Origin: Styela clava
Lineage: Eukaryota
Length of the DNA: 64,000 nt
Assembly (NCBI RefSeq): GCF_964204865.1
Contig: NC_135258.1
Location: 12,586,001-12,650,000, forward strand
Reading direction: 5' to 3'
Of the stretch, positions 1-13,330 are shown in pieces. The stretch's first letter is position 1, and each line of letters opens with the position of its first letter. The notes under the pieces were generated by a model that saw only the letters and a program-made list of their open reading frames with translations, searched no databases and was not told where the DNA came from. Made by a program: the position numbers and the translations under genes.

Positions 1-1112
1 TGAAGGACTAAGGTAATATCTTGTACTCGATTTTATGTAATTTGTGTAATACTAATTACCGAAATATGTTCCAACGCTACGGTAAATATTCCCGTGGTTT
101 CAAAAGAGCTTTGAAACGGGATTTCACTGTATGAGAATTGCATTTTTAGATTGGCATTTTTAGATTGTTGAAGTCACTACCACTCTAATCACAACCCCCT
201 AACGACTACGTGATTGAAGAGGCGTTAGAAACTCTTCATTTCATTTTCAGTTTTCCACGATAAAAACAGTGAATGAGGAGGCCTCTTTATTTCATTTTAT
301 TCAGTTTTCCACGATAAAAACAATCTCAAAACTTTCCAAGACTAGACTAACATTGAAAACATATTGAACGGTATATATGTAGGGATGAATTAAATGTCCC
401 TGAACTAAATGACCAGAGAGTTTGACAAGCCCGTGAATCGATGCTCTAAGAACGACCAGAGATCGTAGGTTTTATGGTATTTTCAAATTTGAGGTAATGG
501 CATTGGTTACTTAAGATATGTAAATGGTGAAGGACTCAAAGTAAGGTATAAGGCATTAAAAAGTGGTATAATGGTCTAGTTGTTGTCACTAAGTAGGTTT
601 AAAAAAATCATCATCATTAATCATTTCAAAATTGAGCAACATTAAAGTTGGCTCATGTAATATGATATGATTTTGAAAGTTTTATATTATAGAAACGAAA
701 GCGCACTGACATGAGAGTGAGAGTATATTCCTTCAAATGGCCAGAATGAATCATGTATACAGCACCTAATGAAAGTGATGAATTGAATATTCCCGTTTTT
801 GAAGAAATACCGTTCACAAGCAACAAGAAATATATGACATTGGAAGGCATAGAGAGTGAGGGTTAAATGCTAATTGGAGTGCTTAGTATCAGCAATAGTG
901 TCAGCATCAGCATTCAGCATTTCCCTGATTACAGGGAATTAATAAAAATAGAAGAAAGAACACCAATGTTAAATTATAAATTACAATAGTTTTTCATTCT
1001 GCTTTTAAGAAAATTACAAGCAGGACATTCATGAGAGAACACGCAAATTTTAGTGAACCATGCATGTTTATTCATACATGCGCGCAAGAAAGAAGTTGTA
1101 AACGGAAATAAA

Positions 1113-1316
1113 GGGTGACCGTACATTTGAACCCATGTACATTTGAACCCATGCGTATATCCACGGGTTCAATCTATATGCGGGTGCTAAAACCCATGGG
1201 TTAGGGTTAGTATGGGTTTAACTATCCGTGAAACAAAAAAAATTCCATAGGTGCAATAGCATACATGTGCAATTGTCATGGGTTCAAATGTACGTGGGTT
1301 CAAATGTAATGGAACC
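1113..1316. mobile_element. MITE with internally repeated long TIRs
   Basis: Left end GGTGACCGTACATTTGAACCCATGTACATTTGAACCCATG is an imperfect inverted repeat of right end CATGGGTTCAAATGTACGTGGGTTCAAATGTAATGGAACC. Flanks are GAAATAAA/GAAATAAT; GGGTTAGGGTTAG lies inside. Confidence 0.7.
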
Positions 1317-2188
1317 GAAATAATAAGATGAAATTTGAGATAACATGAAGCACATAATTTGAGATGACATGATGCTATAAAGATATCGGGTATAAATGCA
1401 AAATGGGAAATCCTACATCATTTACAGTAAGGTTCAAAATGTGAACACAAAAATTGGGATATCCAACCAATAAAAAATTATTACATTATTAAGAAATTAA
1501 TTCACAATATTTTATAATAATGAAAGCATATAACACCAGTATATCATATTGATTCGAAATGTTGTCACACAATTACATGTGTTTCCATGCATAGTTTGGC
1601 ATATTAAAACATGAACTTAACCAAAGGACTTAGTAAATGCTAGGACATTATCTGGGGGAAGACATATTTTCACTGCAAGATTTCAAGATTACACACTGAA
1701 AACTATTGCTACGGAAAGTGATCAGGAAGTTCATTATAGAATATATATAACAGCATATGCACCCACCAACATAAATAACAAGTTTATCTTATAACAAGAA
1801 CAAAATAACACAGTATGGAGTAGTAGCAGAGAAATTGTTATTTTAGGATTGCAGACAATGCATTAGTACAAAGTGGTTATGATTCATGAATGAAAATCAG
1901 ATCTTATTGATTGACTTCAAAACAAACAAGGACTAGACAAAGTATATAATATCGTGTACACAAATGCTACAGTCCCCATAAATAGTGTTTAATAATTGGC
2001 AAAAAATACTGAAAGCAAATTAAAACATAATTCTGTATCTTGGAAAAATGTAATCTCAAACAAATACAATTTAGTATGTTGCACGTTATTAGAAGAAAAA
2101 AATAAATATTTGGAATTTGTGTACACAAGTTGAAGTCAGTGACATTAATTTGAACAGTAGCACAAATAGAGCTATTATGTTATTAAAC

Positions 2189-2321
2189 GACGCTTCCGTA
2201 GTATGTGCACTGAGATGGCGTACAACCTGATAACCCTAACCTGATCTGATACACATACTATGTTCAGGCTGTGTGCCATCTTGGTGCACATGCTGAGACG
2301 GGATGCACACACGGGAGCACC
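2189..2321. mobile_element. ~105-130 bp palindromic MITE, copy 1
   Basis: Hairpin-forming; homologous to 18672-18775 and 27992-28101; 8-bp direct repeat TATTAAAC on both flanks. Confidence 0.75.
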
Positions 2322-3967
2322 TATTAAACATATAAAGGTATTCAATCTCAGCGATTGTGTGATCTCAGTGATTTTAGGTAGGGTTAGGAATCGAATTTTA
2401 TGAGAATGTCTTCAAGACACGAAAATGGAAATCACAAAAGTAAGTGAGATTGCATACTAGTAGCAAGTCGAAATGATAAAATATTTGTGGAAGTAAAGGA
2501 TCAGACCAGGAGAATGCACTCTTTCAAATGTTTGTGTGAATAAAATGATAACTATAGGGCTGACTATGTGCTATTAGGTGAAATCTATGAAAAAGTTGAT
2601 CTGTCATAAAAATGTTTAGATTAGCTGGATGGATAACCTTGGATGCAACAATGGGAATACAGTTTGCATAAAAAACAGTAGCAATAAATAAACTATAAAA
2701 CAAGATTAAAAATGAGAGTGATTTTTATGATTGATCCAAGTTACATTAACAAAAATAGGAAAATTATTTTAATAGAAGCAATTATGGCAAATAAACAACT
2801 CTTACTAACATATGGATTAGCAAACATACACTAAAGTTTAATGTTTTATATGCCCTTTACAAATAACAAGTATCTAATTTCTCATTTTACATTTGCCTTA
2901 TAAGCTAAAATGCTGAATAAATATTAAATATTACTAGATTAGAATGGTTCCTTTATGAAATTTGAACATAATCATATTCCAAGAACTTGTGAAATACTAC
3001 ACGAAGCTATTGTGTTAGAAAGTATCTTCAATACATTTTTGTACAAGGGTAAAGTTAACTATGACAAAATAGGAACCTCTGTCAGCTGAAAGATAATTAT
3101 CACTTTTTAATAAGTTGCCCGAAGCAATGATCAGCAATGATACCAAATCTGAACTGAAACGTAAGTTTCAGCACTTCAAATCCATAAACCTTCTCAAGTT
3201 TCAGAATATTTGCAAATTGAACCAATACACAGTAGAGTATGTGAGACGGTCATCGGTGTTTTGAAGTACAGAGATAGTTTTGGAGATAAAACTATATCAA
3301 GTCCCATGTCACAATTCATTTGTGGGCATGTAGTGGACCTATGGATCGTTTTGTTATTATGTTGTTGTTCTTTGACACATATTGAAAAACTGCTTTTCTT
3401 GTTGATTACTGGACGAATTGCTTTGAAATTTTCAATGGTTTAAGATTGATTTGCCTGAAGGCTATTACTTTCATATATTTCCAATATTTCTGCATGGAAT
3501 TCATTTCTTTTGTGCTATGACCTCATCAAAAATTGCCACCATGTGGCGGTTCATCGTGCGCAGCGAGTCACGAGGTCAGCGAACATTGGTGCTTCTAGTG
3601 TTTAGCGAACCGTCAAAGGTAAGCTGGACTACTGCTTCGCTCAGGCTGCGTGTCCATATATTTGAGCATCGCTCTCTTGTTGAAAGTGCAAACTATAAAG
3701 TTCTTGATCCCCTTTCTGGCACAAATAGACTCACTTCAGTCATTGCAGCAATATCCCTAAAGACTAGATAACCTTAATCTTCATATCTGAAATTATATCA
3801 AAATACTTGACAGAGTTTCAAGTAGTCATTATAGACTTAATGTCATTTACGATAAAATTTTATAATGGAATTGGAAGTTCGGGGCTTTTACTACAGTTAA
3901 TTAACATGACATGTGTCTCGCTCGGATTAACGATAGGATCTACATATCTATCCCAGGAGAGAGATAA

Positions 3968-4198
3968 TGGACCAGATGGTGGAGGAAGCTGTAACCGACC
4001 AGCGGTTATGTGAACCACCCAACTGCGACGAGGAGTCCAGTAAGCCTCTCGCACATAACCATGGGGTGACGAGCGTATTCCTAACGATCTCCACATTTAA
4101 ACCTGCGAACCTACACAGACTGACATGGTGTAATTAATAAGAGGTGCGATGCCAAGCTTATTCCGCTTACAGGCTTAGCACGATGAGCCACACCACTG
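3968..4198 (-). mobile_element. Degenerate tRNA-derived SINE copy
   Basis: Shares GGTGGAGGAAGC..AACCGACCAGCGGTTA..TGAACCACCCAAC..CTCTCGCACATAACC with 5466-5800; internally rearranged. Confidence 0.7.
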
Positions 4199-4793
4199 CT
4201 AATTTGAAGTTAGACAATTCAGCAATTAAATATATCAAATAGTTAGAATGCATATTAACTTTTTGCTTAGGTCTGCGGAGTTCACTCAAACAGTCAAATG
4301 GCTTTAGCAGTTTCACTTTTTAGTTTATCGCTTGCTCCGCACAATGCTGCAATGTTACTGGTACCAGTCCCAATTTGACATATCGGTACCGTGTTCGTGC
4401 CTACATCTTGCCACACAATAATTCCACCGCGAAGGCATATCTGGTACGGTACCGGTACCGTACTGTCCTTGTAATTACCACCAAAACAACTGCCAGAGTA
4501 GCCTAATTTGGACCAGAAGAATGTTAAATCTCTTACTGTATTTTCTGTCTACTGCCATTCTCTACGCTGCCCATGCCGTCAGGGACTGGATTAGCCTTGG
4601 CAGATTAATGCTGTAATGGGCCACATACTGGTACCGGTACCGGTACTCACTACGGTACCGGTAGGTGGTACCTATTTCCGTACCGTATCCTGGCATATGC
4701 AGATACATTCAGGCTACATGCTAAACTTAAGAACCTTAAAATGTTCGTACGGTACCGGTACCACTGACACCATGCCCTTCACTTTCTCAAAGT

Positions 4794-5070
4794 CGCCATC
4801 CCTAATCTGCCACCACAATTCGACCGCATTTTGCCATCCCTAATCTGCCACTACACTTCGACCGCATTTTGCCATCCCTAATCTGCCACCACGCTTCGAC
4901 CGCATTTTGCCATCCCTAATCTGCCACCATTCGACCGCATTTCGCCATCCCTAATCTGCCACGCTTCGACCGCATTTCGCCATCCCCAATTTGACTTTTC
5001 GACCCTATTTTGCCATCCCTAATCTGCCACCTTTCGACCGTATTTTGCCATCCCTATTCTGCCATCCCCT
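4794..5070. repeat. Minisatellite, ~33-37 bp unit, ~7-8 copies
   Basis: Repeated GCCATCCCTAATCTGCCACCAC(N)TTCGACCGCATTTT. Confidence 0.9.
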
Positions 5071-5347
5071 ATATGACTTTTATGCTACCACCACTATAGG
5101 CGCATCGGAGCAATATCAACAATGGCATAGGCCTGTAGGCTGTAGGCCGGTGGTTCCCAACCTTTTATGGCTCGTGGCCCCCTTTCGACGGTTTTTTGCA
5201 CTCGTGGCCCCTCTGTTCGCCATTCCAAAAAACTAGACGTTTTGGATTGTAGTCTACTACAGACAAAAAAAAACCAAAGCTTTTTAGTGTAAAATCAATG
5301 GGAATCTTGCGCTTGGGACTATCTGACGAGGTTTCTTAAAAGGCTGA

Positions 5348-5452
5348 CGGACAACTCGACTACACGGACAACTCACTAGAGACAACTCGAGTTGTCTCTG
5401 GTGAGTTGTCCGAGTTGTCTCTGGTGAGGTGTCCGTGTAGTCGAGTTGTCCG
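5348..5452. repeat. Palindromic element with GACAACTC/GAGTTGTC subrepeats (MITE-like)
   Basis: CGGACAACTCGACTACACGGACA is the reverse complement of TGTCCGTGTAGTCGAGTTGTCCG. Confidence 0.7.
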
Positions 5453-5465
5453 CCTCCCTCTTATA

Positions 5466-5800
5466 TTAGGATAGGATTTACATATTTATCCCGGGGGAGA
5501 GGAAAGCCGATAAGACGGCTTATCCATATGGCGAACCACGGCCTCTCGTCCGGTTACCATTCCAAGACGGGTATGGGATTAGTTTTACTGTATTGTTTGA
5601 TTTCGGAAGCATGGACTTGGTGGTGGAGGAAGCCGTAACCGACCAGCGGTTACGTGAACCACCCAACGACGGCGAGGAGTCCAGCAATCCTCTCGCACAT
5701 AACCATCCCTGCATGGGATTCGAACCTGCGAACCCACGCAGAGTAATTAGAGGTGCGGTGGCGAGCGTATTCCTAACGCTTAGCCCGTTGAGCCACACCT
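5466..5800 (-). mobile_element. tRNA-derived SINE, near full length
   Basis: Minus strand starts GGTGTGGCTCAACGGGCTAAG (A box), contains GGTTCGAATCC (B box) and ends in an (ATCCT)n tail; at least 5 related copies in the window. Confidence 0.85.
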
Positions 5801-6225
5801 AAATTTACAAGTTAAATTTTAGACTAGTTTATCGTAGCGTTTGCGGTATCAATTTTGAATTATTGCAAATAAACTAAAGACATAATGACAATTAAGTTAT
5901 TTGACTTACAACTAATTTTTGGAAACATAAATAAAAACTGACAAATAACACACAAAACCGCGAAAGCGAGGCGATGTTTACAAGCTTGAATATCTGTCTG
6001 AGGCTCTGAGCGGTCGCGCAAGTTGCAATTGTTACGTCATAATTGATTTATTGTTGATTGGTCATTGTTATAGGATGTCGTCATGAAATCAATGTACGTT
6101 GGATATCGAGTACGGTACTTTTCTGATAGGCGACAGCGCATTGCAAAAAAGATATCGCATTAGGAATGGCGCATTATCAACTATGAGAGGCGCAGTTCTT
6201 ACCACTTCATGGCAGCTCCTGAGTC

Positions 6226-7465
6226 TAGAGATGTACCGATACCACTTTTGTCGCCGATACCGATACCGATCCGATACCAGCTAAAAAAGCCGATACCGAT
6301 ACCGATACGCCGATACTACAAAAAGGCCGATATTACCGATATTCCGATACCGATACTATGTAAATATTACTTAATTAGGTGTGCTTTGTAGGGCAGACGG
6401 GTTAAAACAATGGTCTTTGAGCGTTGTTCATAGTACACATTATTTCAGATCGAAAAATGATATATCACATAATATGAAATTAATGTTTGGTGTTTGCTTC
6501 AACTGATTAAGATACACTGTACAGTAACGCTAGTAATCTCGGTGTTCAATTAGAAAACCCATAAGCCGGGATGTCCAATTTGAATTTAATGTTAATATCG
6601 CGACCTTCGAATATCGTTATTCGTGTTTAAAAGAATATCGAATATCACCCACACATTCTAGAGCCGCCGTCCTACGTTCAAATTAAAAGCATTTTTCAAA
6701 TATTTTATTTCGTGGCTAATCGTAATCGTCGACGCAATAAGTCAAAGCCAACATGAAAGAATATCAATCAGCACCGACCAAAAGAAGGCCTACCTATAAC
6801 CGTCGAGGATGTTTTTTTACTTTACTATTTTATATTATTATACAATTGCTATCATATATTTGAGACAGTCTAGGACTCTAGGCCCTCTAGGGCTAGGCGG
6901 TCATGTCAATATATCTATAAAGAAATTGTGTTGTTAAACAAAAATTAATATCTGCGTAGAGGGATAATTGTGTCGGAATTTAGTTTATCGATGTCGTCGG
7001 ACTAAATGACACTCGTACTTGACGACAAACAGTCAGAATTTATACCCGTGCCAAAAGTCCATGTGCCGTTAATAAGGACCCCAATTCCACTGTATGATTT
7101 AAAACTGGGCTCCTAATTGCTTTTTGTTATGTGCCGTGTTGATATATTTCTTCATAATTACTATGTAATATTAAAAATGTCAATATAAAAATTTGACAGC
7201 GAAAATAGCTAAAAATACGTGAATCATATTCTCTCGCGGGGGTAGGGACATGTATGGCTCATAGCTCACGATCTCTCCAGACAAAAAATAAATCAAAAAG
7301 TAGTATTCCAACTTATCTTTTAAAACATTCTGGACCATATCAAAAAGGTAAATATATCGGAAATATCGGCCTTAATCTAACCGATACCGATACATGGCCG
7401 ATACCGAAAAAATGGCCGATATTGCCGATACCGATACCCGATACCGATACATCGGTACATCTCTA
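6226..7465. mobile_element. Non-autonomous hAT-like element
   Basis: Perfect 15-bp TIR TAGAGATGTACCGAT/ATCGGTACATCTCTA; subterminal (CCGATA)n arrays; flanks share CTCCTGA (imperfect TSD). Internal 6567-6860 resembles 13639-13875. Confidence 0.8.
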
Positions 7466-9074
7466 CTCCTGACACGAACGAACCGCGGCAGCTCTTGCCA
7501 TGGTTTTATAGCGCTATTCAGTAATCAGTATTAACGGTATATTCACAAATTAATGTACCAGATTTCAATTGATCATGTGGAATTATATCTACTTAAACCC
7601 TAACCCCAAATCAATCAAAACTGTATCCATAAGAAAAACGTTCCAACTTACCTAATATTTGTCACCATAATAGACAGCCCTGTCTTTACGGCCCACCTGC
7701 CGCGGTTACGGCAGCAAAATTTTACCTGCCATTGGTTTACAATTTGCGGTAACGGCAGCTCGACATTGGTTTGTGGCAGCTAAACAGTCAGTTGCCATGA
7801 GTTTGGCCGTAGCGGCCATGGTATGGAAATACTGCAATGGTTTTGCGGCAGCTGCAGATGCCACAGAATACTTAAAACTGCACTTGAACTATGATTCGCA
7901 TTAGAGCGCATTGGGAGCAAAGTGACTATAAACCACTGGGAGTAATACGGGGTCGCATTAGGAGCAGTGCATTACGCTCAGTGAGGCCGCATTGTCAACA
8001 GCCCAATGGGAACGATGTGTGGTCGCATTAGGCATGGCAAGTTCTCATGCCGGTATTACATCAGGTCAGGTAAGCAATTGATTTTCTGAGTGAGCCAGTA
8101 GCAGATAATAGACTTCAGGACTTGGTTACGGTACTGGGCTGGAATTCAATATGAAAAACTAATAAAAAGATTAAACTTTTTTAATGCTTGATTTCAGTGA
8201 TTGATTATGAATTTTATAATAATATGAGTATAAGTTTATTTGGACTCCATAATCAGCATACGATACCGTTATAGACGATAAAGTAATTGATGAAAACGAA
8301 ACAAACAATGCTGAAAAGTTCAGTGTATGCGGTAACCCTTCTAGTGTCAATCACCAGGCATAAAATATGGTAATGCTCAAAGAAATAGAGGTGCATTTCA
8401 AAACGTGATACCAAATGTGAAAAGAGTATCAGAAAAGTGAAAATGTTGATTGTTGGTCCTAAAAATATGGAGACTCAAAGGAATAACTCTCAGTAGGCTA
8501 CGGTACTTCAGTACAAAAATGTTATGCAAAAACTTTACCGGTATAACATTTTTGGTTAAAAATTTTATTTATTAAAAAAAAACTATAAATAGAAAACAGT
8601 TCATTTACAAAAGCTAGTCCAACTGCTAGGCTAATGTTTGTACAATAATAAAAAGAAGTACAATCAGACAATGTATCAAATGGGGTCATTATGATGTTAT
8701 TTTCACTACTTTTAGTTTTGTTCCACATACAGACATAGTCATAATTGAATTGATATTTTTTCAAGGAGTCTGCCACTTTCAAGAGGTCAACATTGAAACA
8801 TATGCCCTCGAAATTATGATATGCAGAGTGCAGACAAAGATTATACATTCTGACATTATACAGTTATACTGAATGTAATCTGAAAGCATCTTCCATTTTC
8901 AAAGCAGTTTCGGCTGAATAGTGTCCATTCTAAATGTAGTTATGATTTTTGTTTCAGAACTGAATTGTGTTAATGGTTGTTGACGTAATGAAATGCCATC
9001 AGATATCATGATGATTAAATAATAATTTGTTGTATGGAGTGAACCTTAACTGCAAAAAAAAATTAAAACTCCAA

Positions 9075-10289
9075 ATGGATTTCAGTTCAAATGCTGCACT
9101 TTCAATACCATGTGTGGTAGTTCACATATTATCCTATTTGCCAATACGATCCCTTGTTAAGCAGCAGCGTGTTTGTAAACTATGGAAGCAATGCTCTGAA
9201 CAAATATTGTTTGAAAGAAGTCAATTTGGCAAAATTGAAATTTTAACATTGATAAAAATTCAACAACGTTATAACAGTGAGGATGAATACGAGGACTGGT
9301 CAAGTAATACTGGTGATAATTTTTTCAAAGATAATTTTATGAAATGGAGAGAAAAGTGGAGAATTATTCCATCATTATTGATGTGCGCCTCATACTTGCC
9401 CGACAGTTCAGCTCTGAAACTTGAGAAGCAGTGGCTTCCCAAAAATTGTATAGCTTTGGTGTTCGAAACTGCTGGCACCATGTGTATTGATGGCGAAAAA
9501 TCTCAAATTGAAGATGACCTTGACATTGTTGATATTTCCACATCTCACAATTTGATTGCACTCGCAAATGACATCCAGACAAATGTTCTTTATTTGAAAA
9601 CTGGAGGAGGGAAGGAGTCGAGGGATCTTTTTTTGTCCAAATTTAAAACTATACTCACAAATGAAGCCACTAAATTTGTCCTGGTAATTGCTAGTAGTAG
9701 GTTCGAAAACCTGAAAACTCTGGAAAATGACATTAACAGCGCAACTGAAAAGGGTATTGTAATTCTTGGCTGTAGTTCATGTGAATCTCTCCTATTACTC
9801 TGCCCAGATGAACATGTTAAAACAGACATTATTGCAGTATCATTAGAGGGTCCGAGTATTAAGGCAGCTTCTACCTATATCAGTGAAAATGACATTGGTG
9901 AAGAATTAACAGTGACAAAATTATATGATTGTATTTTGTCACTAAAAAATGTTATTGATAAATTCTTTGAATCATGTCCGGCTCATGTAAATAATTTAGA
10001 TAAAAGAGGGTTTTGCAAATTATGTCATTCTCAAACAATTGGATTTATAATAATGACTCCTCGTTCCAAACAAGAGTGGTATGAAGAATATGATGAAAAC
10101 CCACGTCCTATTTGCTTCAATCAAGAGCAGGATGCTTTTCGTGCAATATTTCCAAATGTTCCTTTGTTTGGTTCATATGGGGAAGGAATTATTTGGGGTT
10201 CAATAAATATACCGAATGCAAAGAACCATTCTATCTTCACAGATCCAGAAATTTTTGCGATGTGTTTTGGGGTGTTGGTGCTCTCATAA
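9075..10289 (+). CDS. FBXO22: F-box only protein 22-like (F-box + FIST-C), single-exon CDS
   Basis: F-box: IPCVVVHILSYLPIRSLVKQQRVCKLWKQC. C-terminal TIGF...EQDAFRAIFPNVPLFGSYGEG matches the FBXO22 FIST-C region. First ATG is at 9075 (the ORF track starts at a TTG). Confidence 0.75.
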   Translation: MDFSSNAALSIPCVVVHILSYLPIRSLVKQQRVCKLWKQCSEQILFERSQFGKIEILTLIKIQQRYNSEDEYEDWSSNTGDNFFKDNFMKWREKWRIIPSLLMCASYLPDSSALKLEKQWLPKNCIALVFETAGTMCIDGEKSQIEDDLDIVDISTSHNLIALANDIQTNVLYLKTGGGKESRDLFLSKFKTILTNEATKFVLVIASSRFENLKTLENDINSATEKGIVILGCSSCESLLLLCPDEHVKTDIIAVSLEGPSIKAASTYISENDIGEELTVTKLYDCILSLKNVIDKFFESCPAHVNNLDKRGFCKLCHSQTIGFIIMTPRSKQEWYEEYDENPRPICFNQEQDAFRAIFPNVPLFGSYGEGIIWGSINIPNAKNHSIFTDPEIFAMCFGVLVLS

Positions 10290-10755
10290 CAGAATGGGTT
10301 CAGGGCTTGAGACATTAGGTTATTTTCAAAATTTGTGGCGCTTTAGTCAGCCAATACTGTTAAACCTACTGCTGTATGCCTTGACAGGAAAGCAATACTC
10401 AATTATGTGGTCACGGCACAGCAAAATTTCAGGAGAAATCGGGGTGATGGACATTAGGAAAAACTTGTAAAAGAATAGCCTAAAAAGGTAATAACCGTTT
10501 TAGCAGCTCCAAGTACCGAAACACTTTTGTGTAACACTCAACTTCAACAATATGGTCTTTGAGAATAAATCTGGTGCGTGTTCCATTATTTGAAATGTTC
10601 TATCATTCTGTTTGCCATTTTTCATTTTGTTATCTATCTTATATTTATTTCTACACAATATTGTACTTTTATTTGCATCACACTAATGTTACTCCTATTT
10701 TCCAGATTTTATTCAACTTTGTATCTATATTAGTATATAGCTAATTATATTCAAA

Positions 10756-11867
<1,112 letters not shown>

Positions 11868-12239
11868 CCTCAAGTGATGCAAGAAAATTTTTTAGTCACA
11901 CTGGAACTCCTATAAACACTAGAATTGAGAAACAGGATAGAGATGTACAGAAATGTTGCAGTAGTATTGTCGCTAAACCAAAATCATATTAATAAATTCA
12001 GTTAATACATGCGATTTCAAATAAACTTGTTCTATAGCTGGGTATAGTTAATTAACATGCTGATTTGTACATTTGCTGCCAAAATATTTTGAATGCTTTT
12101 ACTTCATTCTATTTTTTAAAACAAGTGGAATCTACTACATTCTGCAATAAATTTTGTTGGTGACGTGTTTATCCAGCATTTTGTTTTTCAATTGATAAAA
12201 CTTCTTCCTTCAAGAGTCCAGACAGTGGCTTGAAATAAC

Positions 12240-13330
12240 TTGTAAAAGTCATTTCGTTTGTAATAATAACACAAGTACAATTAAAATTCTCAGTCAGTCA
12301 ACTCTTGGTTATATGCGTATTGATGGAGGAAAATAGCATCGTCAAGAGTTAGTAGTCGATTGAGTATCCACAGGTATTGTGGGTTTCTTTTTCCATCCAC
12401 AGAATCTTTTCGAATTCTTTGAATTATGAAATGCCAAAAGAGATAAAGATACCATCTTTTTGATTTCATTCGAAACCTGTACTTTGCAAGAAATGAATTC
12501 AATTTATCAATACCTCACATAAACTTATTACTCTTCGATCTTTAGATCGGTAAGTATGTTGATAGGTATTTGTCTGTTTGTTTGTCTGTCTGTTAGATGC
12601 ACGCGATATCTCACGAAGGCGTGGTTGCATCTGCTCCAAATTTTGCATGTGCATTCATCATATCTTGAACCAGAAGCTCATTTATTTTGGATGAATTGTG
12701 TCGTATAATTAGCGAGTTAATAATTAATTAGTGCTGGGACACGCGGTGTCACTATAGGGTCATGGATCAAACCCGCAGTTTCGCTCGATAAGTCTTCGGT
12801 CTCCGACCGATATTCTCGTATTCTTGCACAATAGCAGGCATGGCTATGTGCACATGCTGCTTCGTTCGTCTGTCCCATCGTCTGATTTGATCAATTGGCT
12901 CCACTCCTACGTACGAAGATAGTAGTGATACTGCCCTGTTGTCATACCAGCTTACGGCTATTACGTTATTTTTTTACTCAACTCTGAAGTCATATTCCCC
13001 CCTGCCTTCCTTTTTAATGTTTTTTCATCGTCTAGGTTACAGCTGGGTAGGCGGTTTTTTCTCACGGTGCTAACATATTGCATTCCCCTCTTATAATTTT
13101 TGAATGAATGGAAAGCTGATAAAAAGGTTTCCTCTGTCACAAAACGGCGGAAATAACGCAATGGCGTATCTACAATCATGTCAGCTGGAGGATCCAATTG
13201 TGGGCCGGAGAATGTTGCATCAGGTCTATCGGAATGTTTCTTTCTCCACCGAAACTCATTGCGGTCGGTTGCATTTTCTTTTTGGCTATGTTTTTGATTT
13301 TGCACTCGTGAACTCGTCAAAGGATCGTCG
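12240..13330 (-). pseudogene. Decayed piggyBac (PGBD-like) transposase
   Basis: Fragments TPLRYFRRFVTEE, STVRKNRLPSCNLDDEKTLK, VSWYDNRAVSLLSSYVGVEP..PAIVQEY and NKFM*GIDKLNSFLAKYRFRMKSKRWYLYLFWHFI, with deletions, frameshifts, a stop and an insertion. Confidence 0.85.
12531..12820 (+). mobile_element. Helentron/HINE-like non-autonomous element inserted in the piggyBac fossil
   Basis: (GTCT/GTTT)n microsatellite, 3' hairpin TCGGTC-TCC-GACCGA and CTCGT end; no TSD; second copy at 55314-55612. Confidence 0.6.

Noticed and set aside
4794-5070. CRISPR-like array
   Set aside because: Contiguous tandem units without unique spacers, no cas genes, eukaryotic context.
5710-5800. tRNA gene
   Set aside because: The A/B boxes belong to a multi-copy SINE head followed by a SINE body and tail; no clean cloverleaf.
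6209-7472. PIPIPI-rich ORFs
   Set aside because: Translations of (CCGATA)n subterminal repeats of a non-autonomous transposon.
9027-9074. ORF-track start of the F-box protein
   Set aside because: TTG start; the first ATG is at 9075.
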